From positions 8,978-72,977 of IMG/VR virus record IMGVR_UViG_3300017605_000880: a stretch of 64,000 nt of DNA; one strand, 5' to 3'. Below the pieces are notes generated by a model that searched no databases, was not told the origin of the DNA, and saw only the letters and a list, made by a program, of their open reading frames with translations. Source of the DNA: a virus. Shown here piece after piece: positions 54,927 through 63,938 of this stretch (its first letter is position 1; each line of letters starts with the position of its first letter). A program made the translations under genes and the position numbers.

Positions 54927-55763
54927 TCAGACTGCCACCGTCTCAAGCTCGGTGTCCGCCTGGCGCGCAAGTTCGATGGCCTTCTTCGCCGCGCCGCGCC
55001 CACATCCGGTCGCCCGCATCAGCTGTACGAGCGAGATGTCCGGAGCCTGTACGGCCAGTTCGCGTGCCTTCTGGGCTGCCACCATGCGCTGCTTGTTAAG
55101 CTGGCGCTGGTCGACGGTGGGCTCGCTCGTCGCAACCTCGGTCGTGACAACCGCATCGAATCCCCGGGCGAGGTTCGCCTCGGCCTTAAGCTCCATCTCC
55201 TCGATCTTGGCGAAGTTCGGCTCGACCAGAACCTTCAGGATCTGGGCGGCCGGGATCACCCCGACGATGAACCCCGCCAGGACCCGCAGGATCCAGTGGG
55301 GGGCTGGCGCCATCACGTTGACCGCGACGGAAGCCGAGACGGGCAGCACCATGATGTACATGGCGACCTTTTTGGAGCGGTCGGACGCGGCGGGCTCGCC
55401 AGCGATCCGGATGCAGTTGACGATCAGCAGGTCTGCGGCGATCGGGACTCCGCCTACCAGCAGCAGCATTCCCAGGATGTGAGTCAGCTCTTGGAGGAGC
55501 AGGGCGTAGTTGCCCACTGGGGTTGTCACGTGCAGGTATGGGAGGATCAGCCCGAGCAGAAACGCGATCTGGTGGGGCATTGAGACGCCGAGTGCGATCT
55601 TCGTGATGCGAACGCTGTTCTTCGCGATCTCGTCGAGCGCGTCGAGCATCTTCCGTGCCGCGCCCTTCGCGTGTTCCCGTGCGAAGAGCGCCGCCTGGCT
55701 CACCCCGCGAGGGGCGTCATCAGGCGTTGTCTTGGTGGCAGGGGTGGCGGTGTCGGCATTCAT
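54927..55763 (-). CDS. multi-TM protein with C-terminal HTH (SpdA/DUF2637-like)
   Basis: 4 TM segments; LMRATGCGRGAAKK; AAGGAG RBS. Confidence 0.6.
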   Translation of the reverse strand: MNADTATPATKTTPDDAPRGVSQAALFAREHAKGAARKMLDALDEIAKNSVRITKIALGVSMPHQIAFLLGLILPYLHVTTPVGNYALLLQELTHILGMLLLVGGVPIAADLLIVNCIRIAGEPAASDRSKKVAMYIMVLPVSASVAVNVMAPAPHWILRVLAGFIVGVIPAAQILKVLVEPNFAKIEEMELKAEANLARGFDAVVTTEVATSEPTVDQRQLNKQRMVAAQKARELAVQAPDISLVQLMRATGCGRGAAKKAIELARQADTELETVAV

Positions 55764-56014
55764 GCCGATCTCCTTCCGGTTGTGGTTCCGGGCTGACTCC
55801 CGGTGCGGGGGGTGGGTTCGGCGCGGCTCCTGCCGACGAGGTCAGCGCCGGCAGGGCACCCCTGCCGGGCGCCGCGCGCCCCACACCCCCCTGATCGGGG
55901 GTCAGAACCGGGGGCCACTGCCCCCTGCTCTGTCTGTTCCGCTGTGAAGTTCTCAAGGTCCGGGTCTCGCCGGGGTCCGCCCCGGGGGGCGTCCGGTCCG
56001 GCTGGACTGCGTCC

Positions 56015-56044
56015 ATTTTACCACAGTGCCACCGCCCGTGTCAA
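56015..56044 (-). promoter_or_regulatory. leftward SigA promoter with operator
   Basis: Minus strand TTGACA-18-TAAAAT with TGTGG; TGCCAC-N5-GTGTCA at 56027-56043. Confidence 0.75.
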
Positions 56045-56117
56045 GTCCGATTCCACACGACTTGCCACCGGGGGTGTCGGGATGGTTTCCTAGACGCTGG
56101 ATGAGAGGAGCCGGAAC

Positions 56118-56570
56118 ATGGTCAACGACCACAGGGTCAACCACAAGCAGCGCCAAGGCGTCGCCCGCACCAGGTGGACCTCCGAGCAGTACGACCGGTA
56201 CAACGACCCGCTAGTCGACATCGAACTTGCCGCAGCAGACACCGGACGGAGGCCCGAACCGTTGGTCCGGGTCACCATGACCCACCAGACCGCCCGCCAG
56301 ATCATGGTCGCGCTCGGGATCAACTCCACCCGGTACGGGCGGGAGGTCCGGCAGTTCCTGACCGGGCTGAACATCATGCTGATCGGGATGGTCGCCGGGC
56401 CGGAACCGAGCACCCCCCACGGGCCGGGCCACGGCTGCCGCACGTGCCGGATCCTGAAGCCGATCCACCCCGGGTCGGCGTGTTGCAACGCCTGCTTCTG
56501 GGAGAACCCGGAGCAGTTCATCGAGTTCCCGACCGTCTGTGAGCACCGGCTCGAGGCGCTCGATGTCTAG
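56118..56570 (+). CDS. hypothetical Cys-rich protein
   Basis: GAGGAG RBS; CRTC, CNAC. Confidence 0.6.
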   Translation: MVNDHRVNHKQRQGVARTRWTSEQYDRYNDPLVDIELAAADTGRRPEPLVRVTMTHQTARQIMVALGINSTRYGREVRQFLTGLNIMLIGMVAGPEPSTPHGPGHGCRTCRILKPIHPGSACCNACFWENPEQFIEFPTVCEHRLEALDV

Positions 56571-57033
56571 CCACATCGTCCAGGTCCGACCCGCCGAGAA
56601 GATGGACGCGATCGGGCTGTTCGAGGCCGTGTGTCTCGAACCGGGCTGCCCCTACCGGTCCGCACCCGCGACCTCGATGCGGGCGATGAAAGCAGGCACC
56701 GACCATCAGCGCGCCAAGCAGTACCCGGAGCACGTCAAGATGCAGGCGGTCGCAGACCACAGCCAGGCCATCGGGGAGTTCCTGGAGAGCAGCGGTTGGG
56801 CCCTGGCCGAGTGGGCATGCATCCACTGCGGGGCGGCGCTGTCCGGCCCGCGCCGCGACCCTGATCTCCCGCGCGACGGGGACTGCTGCAATAACCCCGT
56901 CCTGCGGTTGTTGGAGGTCGGTTGGCCGCTGCAGCGGGTCCTCGCGCAGTACTTCAAGGTCGACCTGGACCGGCTCGAGCAGGAGAAACGCGCCATGTTG
57001 GGCGCCCTGCGCGGGGAGGCCGGCCGTGGTTAG
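56563..57033 (+). CDS. hypothetical Zn-binding protein
   Basis: CLEPGC, CIHC; YPEHVK...SQAIGEFLE. Confidence 0.6.
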   Translation: MSSHIVQVRPAEKMDAIGLFEAVCLEPGCPYRSAPATSMRAMKAGTDHQRAKQYPEHVKMQAVADHSQAIGEFLESSGWALAEWACIHCGAALSGPRRDPDLPRDGDCCNNPVLRLLEVGWPLQRVLAQYFKVDLDRLEQEKRAMLGALRGEAGRG

Positions 57034-57898
57034 CCTCCGACCGCAGGACCTGCCCCAGCTGCGCGATGAGCTGGCCCGGTTCGGCCAGACCGACATCGGC
57101 GCCGCGATGTTCACCCTGGTCGACCAGTACGACAGCGACACCGCCGCCACCGCAGAGTCGATGACCCAGGCGTTGCAGCTGGCCGACGCGACCCTGTTCT
57201 ACGTCACCCCGGAGATGTGCGAACTGGTCGACGTCGCCGCCCGGACCCTCCCCGAGTTTGCCATGTCACCCGACGACCCGCCATCGCAGGTCGGGCTGGC
57301 CTGGCTGGCCCGCCCCATCTGCGACGTGACGATGGACGTCCCGCCCAGGCCGATCGCCGCCTGCGCGACCTCCTGGATCACCACCGGCGGGACCGTCCGG
57401 CTGTCGCAGCACCTGGAACGCGACACCCTGCCGATCGACCGGCGGATCCGGGACGAACTGCCCGGATTGGGGTTCCCGGTTGTGTTCCCGATGGGCGCCT
57501 GGGATGCCCCGCTGGACGAACAGGGGATGCCGGTCGCGGTGTCGAACGGCGCCACCCGGCACATCCTGGCGGCGATCAAAACCCTGTGGTTGTTGCTGCG
57601 ACAACCGATGACTGAACAGGAGGAGGTGGTCCTGCCTCGGCCGGTCCGTCGCCGGCTGGCGCGGGAGGGCAAGGAACCGCCGCCGGTGCGGGTGATCCGG
57701 CTGCGCCGCCCGCCGGGGCGTAGCGGTGAACCGGGGGAGCCGGTGCAGTGGCACCACCGGTGGATTGTGCGGGGCCATTGGCGGCAGCAGCCGTTCGGGC
57801 CTGGTCGGGGTCTGCGCCGCCCGGTGTGGATCTCGCCGTTTGTTAAGGGGCCGGAGGATGCCCCGTTGATAGGAGGAGAGAAGGTGCATCTACTGTGA
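57026..57898 (+). CDS. conserved phage protein with C-terminal VRGHWR domain
   Basis: HRWIVRGHWRQQPFGPG...VWISPFVKGP. Confidence 0.7.
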   Translation: MVSLRPQDLPQLRDELARFGQTDIGAAMFTLVDQYDSDTAATAESMTQALQLADATLFYVTPEMCELVDVAARTLPEFAMSPDDPPSQVGLAWLARPICDVTMDVPPRPIAACATSWITTGGTVRLSQHLERDTLPIDRRIRDELPGLGFPVVFPMGAWDAPLDEQGMPVAVSNGATRHILAAIKTLWLLLRQPMTEQEEVVLPRPVRRRLAREGKEPPPVRVIRLRRPPGRSGEPGEPVQWHHRWIVRGHWRQQPFGPGRGLRRPVWISPFVKGPEDAPLIGGEKVHLL

Positions 57899-58269
57899 AC
57901 GTCGACTACTCCCAGCCAGATCCGCGTGAGGCCAAGCTGCCGATGTGGGCCCGCCAACGGCTGGCGGGGACGCGCGCCTGGGCAGCGCACGCCCGGGACC
58001 AGCAGCAGGAGGCGCAGGCTGCCGCCCAGCAGGCGATCGCTGGCACCGACCCGTCGGTCACCGACACCGTCTACGTGTTGGAGATGGGGGCGACGGCCAG
58101 CGAGGTGGGGTTGCCGCCGGGGCAGGTGGTCCGGTTCAAGCTGGGCCCGAAGCAGGGGATCGATGCCCAGGTGGTCGCCGGGAGAGTGGAGCTGTCGGCG
58201 CACCGGGGGCAGCAGCTGGTGTTGCGTTCCCGGTTCCAGAACGAGGTGCACGTCCAGGTCGAGCCGTGA
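57895..58269 (+). CDS. hypothetical protein
   Basis: DPREAKLPMWA; GTGA coupling. Confidence 0.6.
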   Translation: MNVDYSQPDPREAKLPMWARQRLAGTRAWAAHARDQQQEAQAAAQQAIAGTDPSVTDTVYVLEMGATASEVGLPPGQVVRFKLGPKQGIDAQVVAGRVELSAHRGQQLVLRSRFQNEVHVQVEP

Positions 58270-58319
58270 CCTGGTCGGAGTTCAGCCATGTATGGTCGGC
58301 GCTCGACAGGAGGATTCTG

Positions 58320-58940
58320 ATGGGAGACAGGAAGATGGAGACACGCAGGTCACAGCTGGACCGGGAGATCGCCCGGCACCGCGACAAGCTCGAACGGGCC
58401 GAGGCCATGCGGGAGCAGCTGGCGGGCATCCCGGACACGGATCCGTTCCCGGACGGGATGGTCCTGGTGTTCGACGCCCATTTTGCTGGCAACGGGCCGA
58501 CCTACTCGTACGCTGCGCTGCGCGCGGCGGGCAAGTGGTACCGGACGGGGCAGGTGGGGGCCCAGGGGCTTGGCGTGCTCTGGGCGGAGTTGGTCGATTG
58601 GTGGCTCGAGCACAAGGTGGACATGGTCGGGTTCTACGAGCAGACCTCGGTGCACAGTCTGGGCGACCTGCCGCAGCCACCGGCACCGCCGGAGGAGGTC
58701 GAGACCCGGGGCGGGCGGGTCCACAAGGACGGCACGCCGATCAGGGAGTTCCCGGTTGTGTTCTGCGGCAACTCGGGCGAGGACCACGACGGGCACATCT
58801 GGCATTCCAGCGACACTGGGACAGCCCGGTGGTGCGCCGGGCAGGGGACGCTGTCCTGCGAGGACACGGGCCGCGCCGCATCCCACGGGCCGCACGTATG
58901 GCACCAGGACGGTCGGCGCCTCCACTGCATGGGCGGGTGA
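58320..58940 (+). CDS. hypothetical protein (alternative start 58266)
   Basis: AGGAGG RBS; YSYAALRAAGKWYRTG; Cys/His-rich tail. Confidence 0.55.
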   Translation: MGDRKMETRRSQLDREIARHRDKLERAEAMREQLAGIPDTDPFPDGMVLVFDAHFAGNGPTYSYAALRAAGKWYRTGQVGAQGLGVLWAELVDWWLEHKVDMVGFYEQTSVHSLGDLPQPPAPPEEVETRGGRVHKDGTPIREFPVVFCGNSGEDHDGHIWHSSDTGTARWCAGQGTLSCEDTGRAASHGPHVWHQDGRRLHCMGG

Positions 58941-58948
58941 CATCCGAC

Positions 58949-58977
58949 TTGACACCGGGTGTGTCATCTGGTAGTAT
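58949..58977 (+). promoter_or_regulatory. SigA promoter with perfect operator palindrome
   Basis: TTGACA-17-TAGTAT; TGACAC-cgggt-GTGTCA. Confidence 0.75.
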
Positions 58978-59029
58978 GGGTTCTGGGGGGAACACACCCC
59001 CCGGCCCCGCCAGAGAGAGGGAACCCGAG

Positions 59030-60184
59030 ATGACTGAGCCCCGCACCCTCACCCGCAACGCCAGCCTCCCCGACATCCACAACCTGCTGCTCGGACAGCA
59101 CGCCCGCAAGATCGACATCATCGCCCCCATCGGCGCACTTCAGGCCGATGGGGGTCGCCTTGTCGTCCGGGGCGAACCGCAGGTCACCACCGACGGAGTC
59201 TCCCCCGACAGCGTGTTCCTCCCGACCGCCCTATGCGACGGCGGGATCGCCGATAGGGTCGGACACGACCTGACCGCCAAGTACCTGTCCACCTGCCGCG
59301 AGAAGGCCATCGACCTGTACGACCAGAACGTCAACACCTGGCTGCAGCACCCCGACAACGCCGGCAAGCGGTTCCTCGTCCGGGGTCTGACCAACGACGA
59401 CGGCACCGCAATCGCCCGCGCGTTCCTGTCCGACAGCTACAAGGTCATCGACAACATCGACGTCCTGATGACCGTCCTGGACGGGCTGCGCGAAGCCGGA
59501 GTCGACGTCGAGGTCACCTCGTGCGATCTGACCGACCGCAGGATGTACCTGCGGGTCAAGTCCGAAGCCGTCGCCCTGGCCGTCCCCGAACTGGTCCGGG
59601 GCTACCGCAGCCCCTACAACGGCAAGACCGGCGAGGAACTGCCGCTGATGTTCGCCGGGTTCGAGGTGTCGAACTCGGAGGTCGGACACGGCGCGTTCTC
59701 GATCGCCCCCCGGGTGATCCTGCAGGTCTGCGGCAACGGCTCGACCCGCCGGTTCGACGCGGTCCGCTCGCAGCACCTGGGCGGGAAGCTCGAAGACGAG
59801 GGGACCATCGTCTGGTCCCAGGCAACCCAGGAGAAGAACCTCGCGCTGATCCGGTCCAAGACGGTCGACGCGGTCAAGGGGTTCCTGTCCAGCGAGTACC
59901 TGCAGAAGGTGGCCGGCGAGATGGCCGCCGAGGCTGGGGTGGAGATCGCGAAGCCGGAGGAGACCATCAAGCACGTCGCGAAGACGATGCGCTACACCGA
60001 GGAGCAGCAGGCCGACATCCTGCGGATGTTCATCAAGGGCGGGTCGACCACCGCGATCGGCGTGATGCACGCGGTGACCGCGTCGGCGCAGGGCCAGCCC
60101 GACGCCGACCTGGCGGCGGACATGGAGGCGGACTCGATGCGGGTCCTGTCGCTGGCTGCCGCGCACGGGCGGGCCACCCGCTAA
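59030..60184 (+). CDS. DUF932-family protein
   Basis: RAFLSDSYKVIDNIDVL; NSEVGHGAFSIAPRVILQVCGNG. Confidence 0.8.
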   Translation: MTEPRTLTRNASLPDIHNLLLGQHARKIDIIAPIGALQADGGRLVVRGEPQVTTDGVSPDSVFLPTALCDGGIADRVGHDLTAKYLSTCREKAIDLYDQNVNTWLQHPDNAGKRFLVRGLTNDDGTAIARAFLSDSYKVIDNIDVLMTVLDGLREAGVDVEVTSCDLTDRRMYLRVKSEAVALAVPELVRGYRSPYNGKTGEELPLMFAGFEVSNSEVGHGAFSIAPRVILQVCGNGSTRRFDAVRSQHLGGKLEDEGTIVWSQATQEKNLALIRSKTVDAVKGFLSSEYLQKVAGEMAAEAGVEIAKPEETIKHVAKTMRYTEEQQADILRMFIKGGSTTAIGVMHAVTASAQGQPDADLAADMEADSMRVLSLAAAHGRATR

Positions 60185-60191
60185 CCGGACC

Positions 60192-60221
60192 GGCCCCCAC
60201 CCCCTGGGGGGGGTGGGGGCC
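60192..60221 (+). terminator. GC hairpin
   Basis: ggcccccacccc...ggggtgggggcc. Confidence 0.6.
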
Positions 60222-60246
60222 TCCTCCCCGTCACGAAGGAGAAGCC

Positions 60247-61023
60247 ATGAGCAAGATAACCACCAACCCGGTCAGCTACAACGGCGAACCTCGGGCCCTG
60301 CCCGACGTGGTCAGCGAGCACTACACCGCGATCGACGGGGTGGAGGTTATCGCCCGCGAGTTGGCGACCTCACCGCACCCCCGGTGGAAAGACCAACACC
60401 CGCAGACCCACCACTTCGTCACCAAGCTGCTGCTGGCAGACAGCCGTGAGATCTACGAGTGCAACCACTGCCACCTGCACGACCCCGTGTTGAAGTCGGT
60501 CACCGCCCACCAGAGCAAGCACCGGCCCAACCCGCCGCAGCCGTTGACCGACCTGGAGACGTTGAAGACGGTCCTGCGGGAGGTCGAGCGGGCCCGCCGA
60601 CTGTACGGGGTGGGCCGGTACGGTAAGTACGCGGTGGAAGCGCTGACCCGGCTCGGGGTCCGCCCGGCGACCGGCGATGAGTGGACGGTGGCGAAGGTGA
60701 CCAGCCTGTACGGTTCCTACAAGGACCGCTACCCGGTCCGGGCGCCGAAGATCACCCCCCGGTCCAAGCCCAAGCCGACTGCTGCCGCACGGCCGGTGCC
60801 GGCCCCGGCTGTTGCAGCGCCGGCCCCCGGTCAGGCGGTGGTGTCCAGCAGCGACCGGGATCTGATGCAGCTGTTGGTTCAGGTCGACGCCGCGATCCAC
60901 CACGCGATGCGTCTGGTCGCGTCGGTGAACGCCCCGGACGAGCAGATCGTGGAGAAGGCCGCCATGCTGGACCGGCTGGTCGCCGGTCTGGGCGAGGACA
61001 CGATCAACAAACTGCTGGCCTAA
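60247..61023 (+). CDS. hypothetical protein with C2H2-like Zn finger
   Basis: YECNHC...VTAHQSKH; AAGGAG RBS. Confidence 0.65.
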   Translation: MSKITTNPVSYNGEPRALPDVVSEHYTAIDGVEVIARELATSPHPRWKDQHPQTHHFVTKLLLADSREIYECNHCHLHDPVLKSVTAHQSKHRPNPPQPLTDLETLKTVLREVERARRLYGVGRYGKYAVEALTRLGVRPATGDEWTVAKVTSLYGSYKDRYPVRAPKITPRSKPKPTAAARPVPAPAVAAPAPGQAVVSSSDRDLMQLLVQVDAAIHHAMRLVASVNAPDEQIVEKAAMLDRLVAGLGEDTINKLLA

Positions 61024-61397
61024 ACCGCATCCTCCGACACCTCTCTGGCCTCGGCCGGGGGGGTGTCGCTGTGTGTGGGTTCGGTGTTGTCCGCCTCGTC
61101 CCGCTGCTGGTCCTGCTCGCCCTTCGGGGCGCGGATGACCACACAGGTTGCCAGGGTGGCGATCGAGTTAGCGTCGACCGACAGGAACACCGGATCCCCG
61201 GTGCGCATATCGGTTGCCCGGTTGAACACCAGCAGCGTCTTGCCCTGCCGGGCTTCGGACCACGTCCGTGTCATGTACTCGTGGACCTGGTCCTCCTGTG
61301 CGTCCGGGTCGGTGTCGTCGGGCAGTTCCATCGAGTCGACCACCTGCGCGCGGTGTCCGCTGACCAGGGTCATGTCAATCACAAACTCAACCTTCAC
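61020..61397 (-). CDS. hypothetical protein
   Basis: AAGGAGAGG RBS. Confidence 0.55.
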   Translation of the reverse strand: MKVEFVIDMTLVSGHRAQVVDSMELPDDTDPDAQEDQVHEYMTRTWSEARQGKTLLVFNRATDMRTGDPVFLSVDANSIATLATCVVIRAPKGEQDQQRDEADNTEPTHSDTPPAEAREVSEDAV

Positions 61398-62095
61398 GGT
61401 GCCTCTCCTTGTGTCTCCGGCGGTGGGGGGCTATCGACATCCCCCCGTGGGGGTCTCAGTGTCTCCGTGACCAGCGGAAGTACCTTCGCGATACCTTCGG
61501 ACGGCGGCCCGTGCGGGTCCAGTGCTGCCATCCGGGCGACGTTGATGAACAGAGCGCCGGTGGGCAGGCCGTGGCTGCGGACCGGGATGGTGTTGATGAT
61601 CGGACGCCACGCTGCTTCGACTGCTTTCCACACCCCGGGTGATCCGGCGACCCGGATCTGGTCGGTCGGGTTGACTAGCCGTTCCAACGGGTTCGGCTCG
61701 GTGTCCCAGATTGGGCTGTACCCCAGGTCGAGTGTCTCGTACAGCCTGGCGAGGTTGTCTAGTTCGGGTTGGGCTATCGGGTGGGTGACGACGGTGGGCA
61801 GTGGCCGGACCCGGATCGGGCCGGTCGCCAGCTGCATCCATGTCAACGGGTCGGTGGGTTGGCATATGAAGATCAGGTCGCAGTAGTCGGCGAGGGTGTC
61901 GAGCCGGCTGGTGGTGGGGATGGTCCACCGGTCCAGCAGGTCCAGCATCTCCGCGTCGGTGTCGGGTGGGGGTGCCCAGACCATCCCGTGGGGGTGGTAG
62001 GCGACCACGGAGTGGTACCCGTAGTCGCGCATCGCCAACGCGAGCGGGATGCCGCGTTCCCAGTCGAGCCCGATGACCCCGATGCGTTGCCTCAC
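61394..62095 (-). CDS. degenerate nucleotide-sugar dehydrogenase-like (Rossmann) protein
   Basis: RIGVIGL..GIPLALAM, DLIFICQPT resemble the UDP-glucose/GDP-mannose DH N-domain. Confidence 0.5.
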   Translation of the reverse strand: MRQRIGVIGLDWERGIPLALAMRDYGYHSVVAYHPHGMVWAPPPDTDAEMLDLLDRWTIPTTSRLDTLADYCDLIFICQPTDPLTWMQLATGPIRVRPLPTVVTHPIAQPELDNLARLYETLDLGYSPIWDTEPNPLERLVNPTDQIRVAGSPGVWKAVEAAWRPIINTIPVRSHGLPTGALFINVARMAALDPHGPPSEGIAKVLPLVTETLRPPRGDVDSPPPPETQGEAP

Positions 62096-62106
62096 GCTGT
62101 CACCTC

Positions 62107-62283
62107 TCAGATTGCCGATGAGAACCCGGACACGGCCTCGCGTGGGTGTTCGACCTCGCGCACCAGCCGGCGCAGGGTGGCCTCCAACGCTGGGTTGCCG
62201 GCCAGTTCGGGCAGCTTTGAGAGGCGTACGCCGTTCAGGTTGACCACCGGGGTGCAGACGCCCACCGGATCTGGGTTCGTCAC
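62107..62283 (-). CDS. FxSxx-COOH (FxsA-like) peptide
   Basis: AAGGAG RBS; MTNPDPVG...VNLNGVRLSKL...ALEATLRRLVRE...EAVSGFSSAI*. Confidence 0.75.
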   Translation of the reverse strand: MTNPDPVGVCTPVVNLNGVRLSKLPELAGNPALEATLRRLVREVEHPREAVSGFSSAI

Positions 62284-62981
62284 CGGGCGTCTCCTTGTCC
62301 CGGGACCCCGGAGGTGTTCCCGCCGTCGGCATGGTACCGCCAGGTCCGCTCCGCCAGGTGCACCATCTGCTGGTTGTTCCTGACCGCGTACTGCGACAAC
62401 CCGACGATGTGGTACCAATCCTCGTTGCCGTATTTCTGGCTGTCTCCCTGGAACGGGTCGTTGATGAACCCGACCGCCTGGGCGGCGTCGGTCCGGACCA
62501 GGAACGTGATCGTGGTGTGGTGCGGGGTGGCCGGGTTGAACGGGATCCCGAAATGACCTAGCGGGTCGTTGTCCTCGGTCATCCACGGGAATACGAACAT
62601 CGCCCCGGTTGCCTCCGCGACCTCCAGACACCGTTGCAGATGCTGCGGCAGCCACTCGTCGTCCGAATCGCACCACGCCATCCACTCGGTCTGGATCTGG
62701 TCGAGGATCTGCTGGCGGGTCCAGCCGGCGCCCCGGGCGTCGCGGTCGTTCACCACCAGGATCCGGTCGGGTTGGCGGGTCTGGCTGATGATCGACCGCA
62801 GCGCCCGCTCGAGCTTGCCGTTGGTGAACCGGGCAGGATGGGCGGCGACGCAGGCGGTGACGGCACCCGGGATCAAGGTCCGGTCCAGGTAGTGCTCCAG
62901 CGAGTACACCGCTTCGGTCTTGGCCTCGATCGCCTCGGTCACGTCACCGATCAACTCACCCATGCCCGCCTCCATGCTCAT
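62280..62981 (-). CDS. glycosyltransferase family 2
   Basis: RALRSI..QT, GAGWTR, WCDSDDEWLPQHL, NEDW. Confidence 0.85.
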   Translation of the reverse strand: MSMEAGMGELIGDVTEAIEAKTEAVYSLEHYLDRTLIPGAVTACVAAHPARFTNGKLERALRSIISQTRQPDRILVVNDRDARGAGWTRQQILDQIQTEWMAWCDSDDEWLPQHLQRCLEVAEATGAMFVFPWMTEDNDPLGHFGIPFNPATPHHTTITFLVRTDAAQAVGFINDPFQGDSQKYGNEDWYHIVGLSQYAVRNNQQMVHLAERTWRYHADGGNTSGVPGQGDAR

Positions 62982-63654
62982 GTAGAATCCACCAGGTCGC
63001 CCACGGCAGGTCCATATTCCACCGGACCGGCGCCGGCCCCAGCTGCGACAGCCGCAGCAACACCGGCAGCGACAGCTGATCCTGATGCGACCAGTTCACA
63101 CACTCGACCCACCACAGATCCGACAGGGCCAACACCGCCGGGGTGTGGCGTCGTACGTTCGCCCCCGTTGCGATCAACCCCCACCCGCCGGGGTGGAACG
63201 AGCGGTACGCCTCGATCTGCCGCAGCACCGACGCCGGGTCGTACCGCCAGGTCAACGTCGCCGAGTACTCCCCCTCGGTGTAGATGCAGTCCCGCCACGG
63301 GTGGCGCATGCAGGACCAATCGTCCTGGCCGAGGGCTTGCAGGCATTTCTCCGGGTAGTCCGGGAACAGCAGCTGCATCGACCCGTCGATCCACAACGAC
63401 ACGTCCACCCCGGGGCAGGCAAGCTCCGGGTGGGTCTTCCACCATTTGTGCGCCAACATCGGCCCGGTCACGGCCGGGTCGCCGTTCAGGGTGGCGATCC
63501 CGTGCCGGACGATCCGGGGTTCCCACCCGGCGGCGGCTGCCTTCTCCGCCGTCACCTCCGAATCGGTGTACAGGTAGGCGGGGATCCCGAGGAACGGCAA
63601 CGGCTTGACCCAATCGTAGCTGCCGTAAACCGCCGTATATAGGGCGAGGTTCAT
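62956..63654 (-). CDS. glycosyltransferase, DUF616 (TOD1/MUCI70)-like
   Basis: YTAVYGSYD, KTHPE, SLWIDGS, HPWRDCIYTE, DQLSLP. Confidence 0.8.
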   Translation of the reverse strand: MNLALYTAVYGSYDWVKPLPFLGIPAYLYTDSEVTAEKAAAAGWEPRIVRHGIATLNGDPAVTGPMLAHKWWKTHPELACPGVDVSLWIDGSMQLLFPDYPEKCLQALGQDDWSCMRHPWRDCIYTEGEYSATLTWRYDPASVLRQIEAYRSFHPGGWGLIATGANVRRHTPAVLALSDLWWVECVNWSHQDQLSLPVLLRLSQLGPAPVRWNMDLPWATWWILHEHGGGHG

Positions 63655-63938
63655 CGGCCCGCCAGGAACCGTTCGACCGTGGCCGAGTTGCGGTCGGTGT
63701 CGGTCAACGCCGTCTCCCGGGCCACCCTACGCAGCCACACCGCGCCGGACGGGCCGACCGGCCGGTTGACCTCAAGCGCATTGGCGTATTCGATCAGCGA
63801 CTTGACCGACGGCGGGTTCGGGACCAGCTGGACCCCCAGCCACCACAACGCCCGGTTGAGCAGCCTCACAGGAACCCTCCCCGGGCGTGCTGGACGGTGG
63901 CGATCGCCTGCAGGTTGACGTGCAGACGCCAGTTCCAC
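63651..63938 (-). CDS. hypothetical protein (start uncertain)
   Basis: ATGA coupling to the GT gene. Confidence 0.4.
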   Translation of the reverse strand: MELASARQPAGDRHRPARPGRVPVRLLNRALWWLGVQLVPNPPSVKSLIEYANALEVNRPVGPSGAVWLRRVARETALTDTDRNSATVERFLAGR

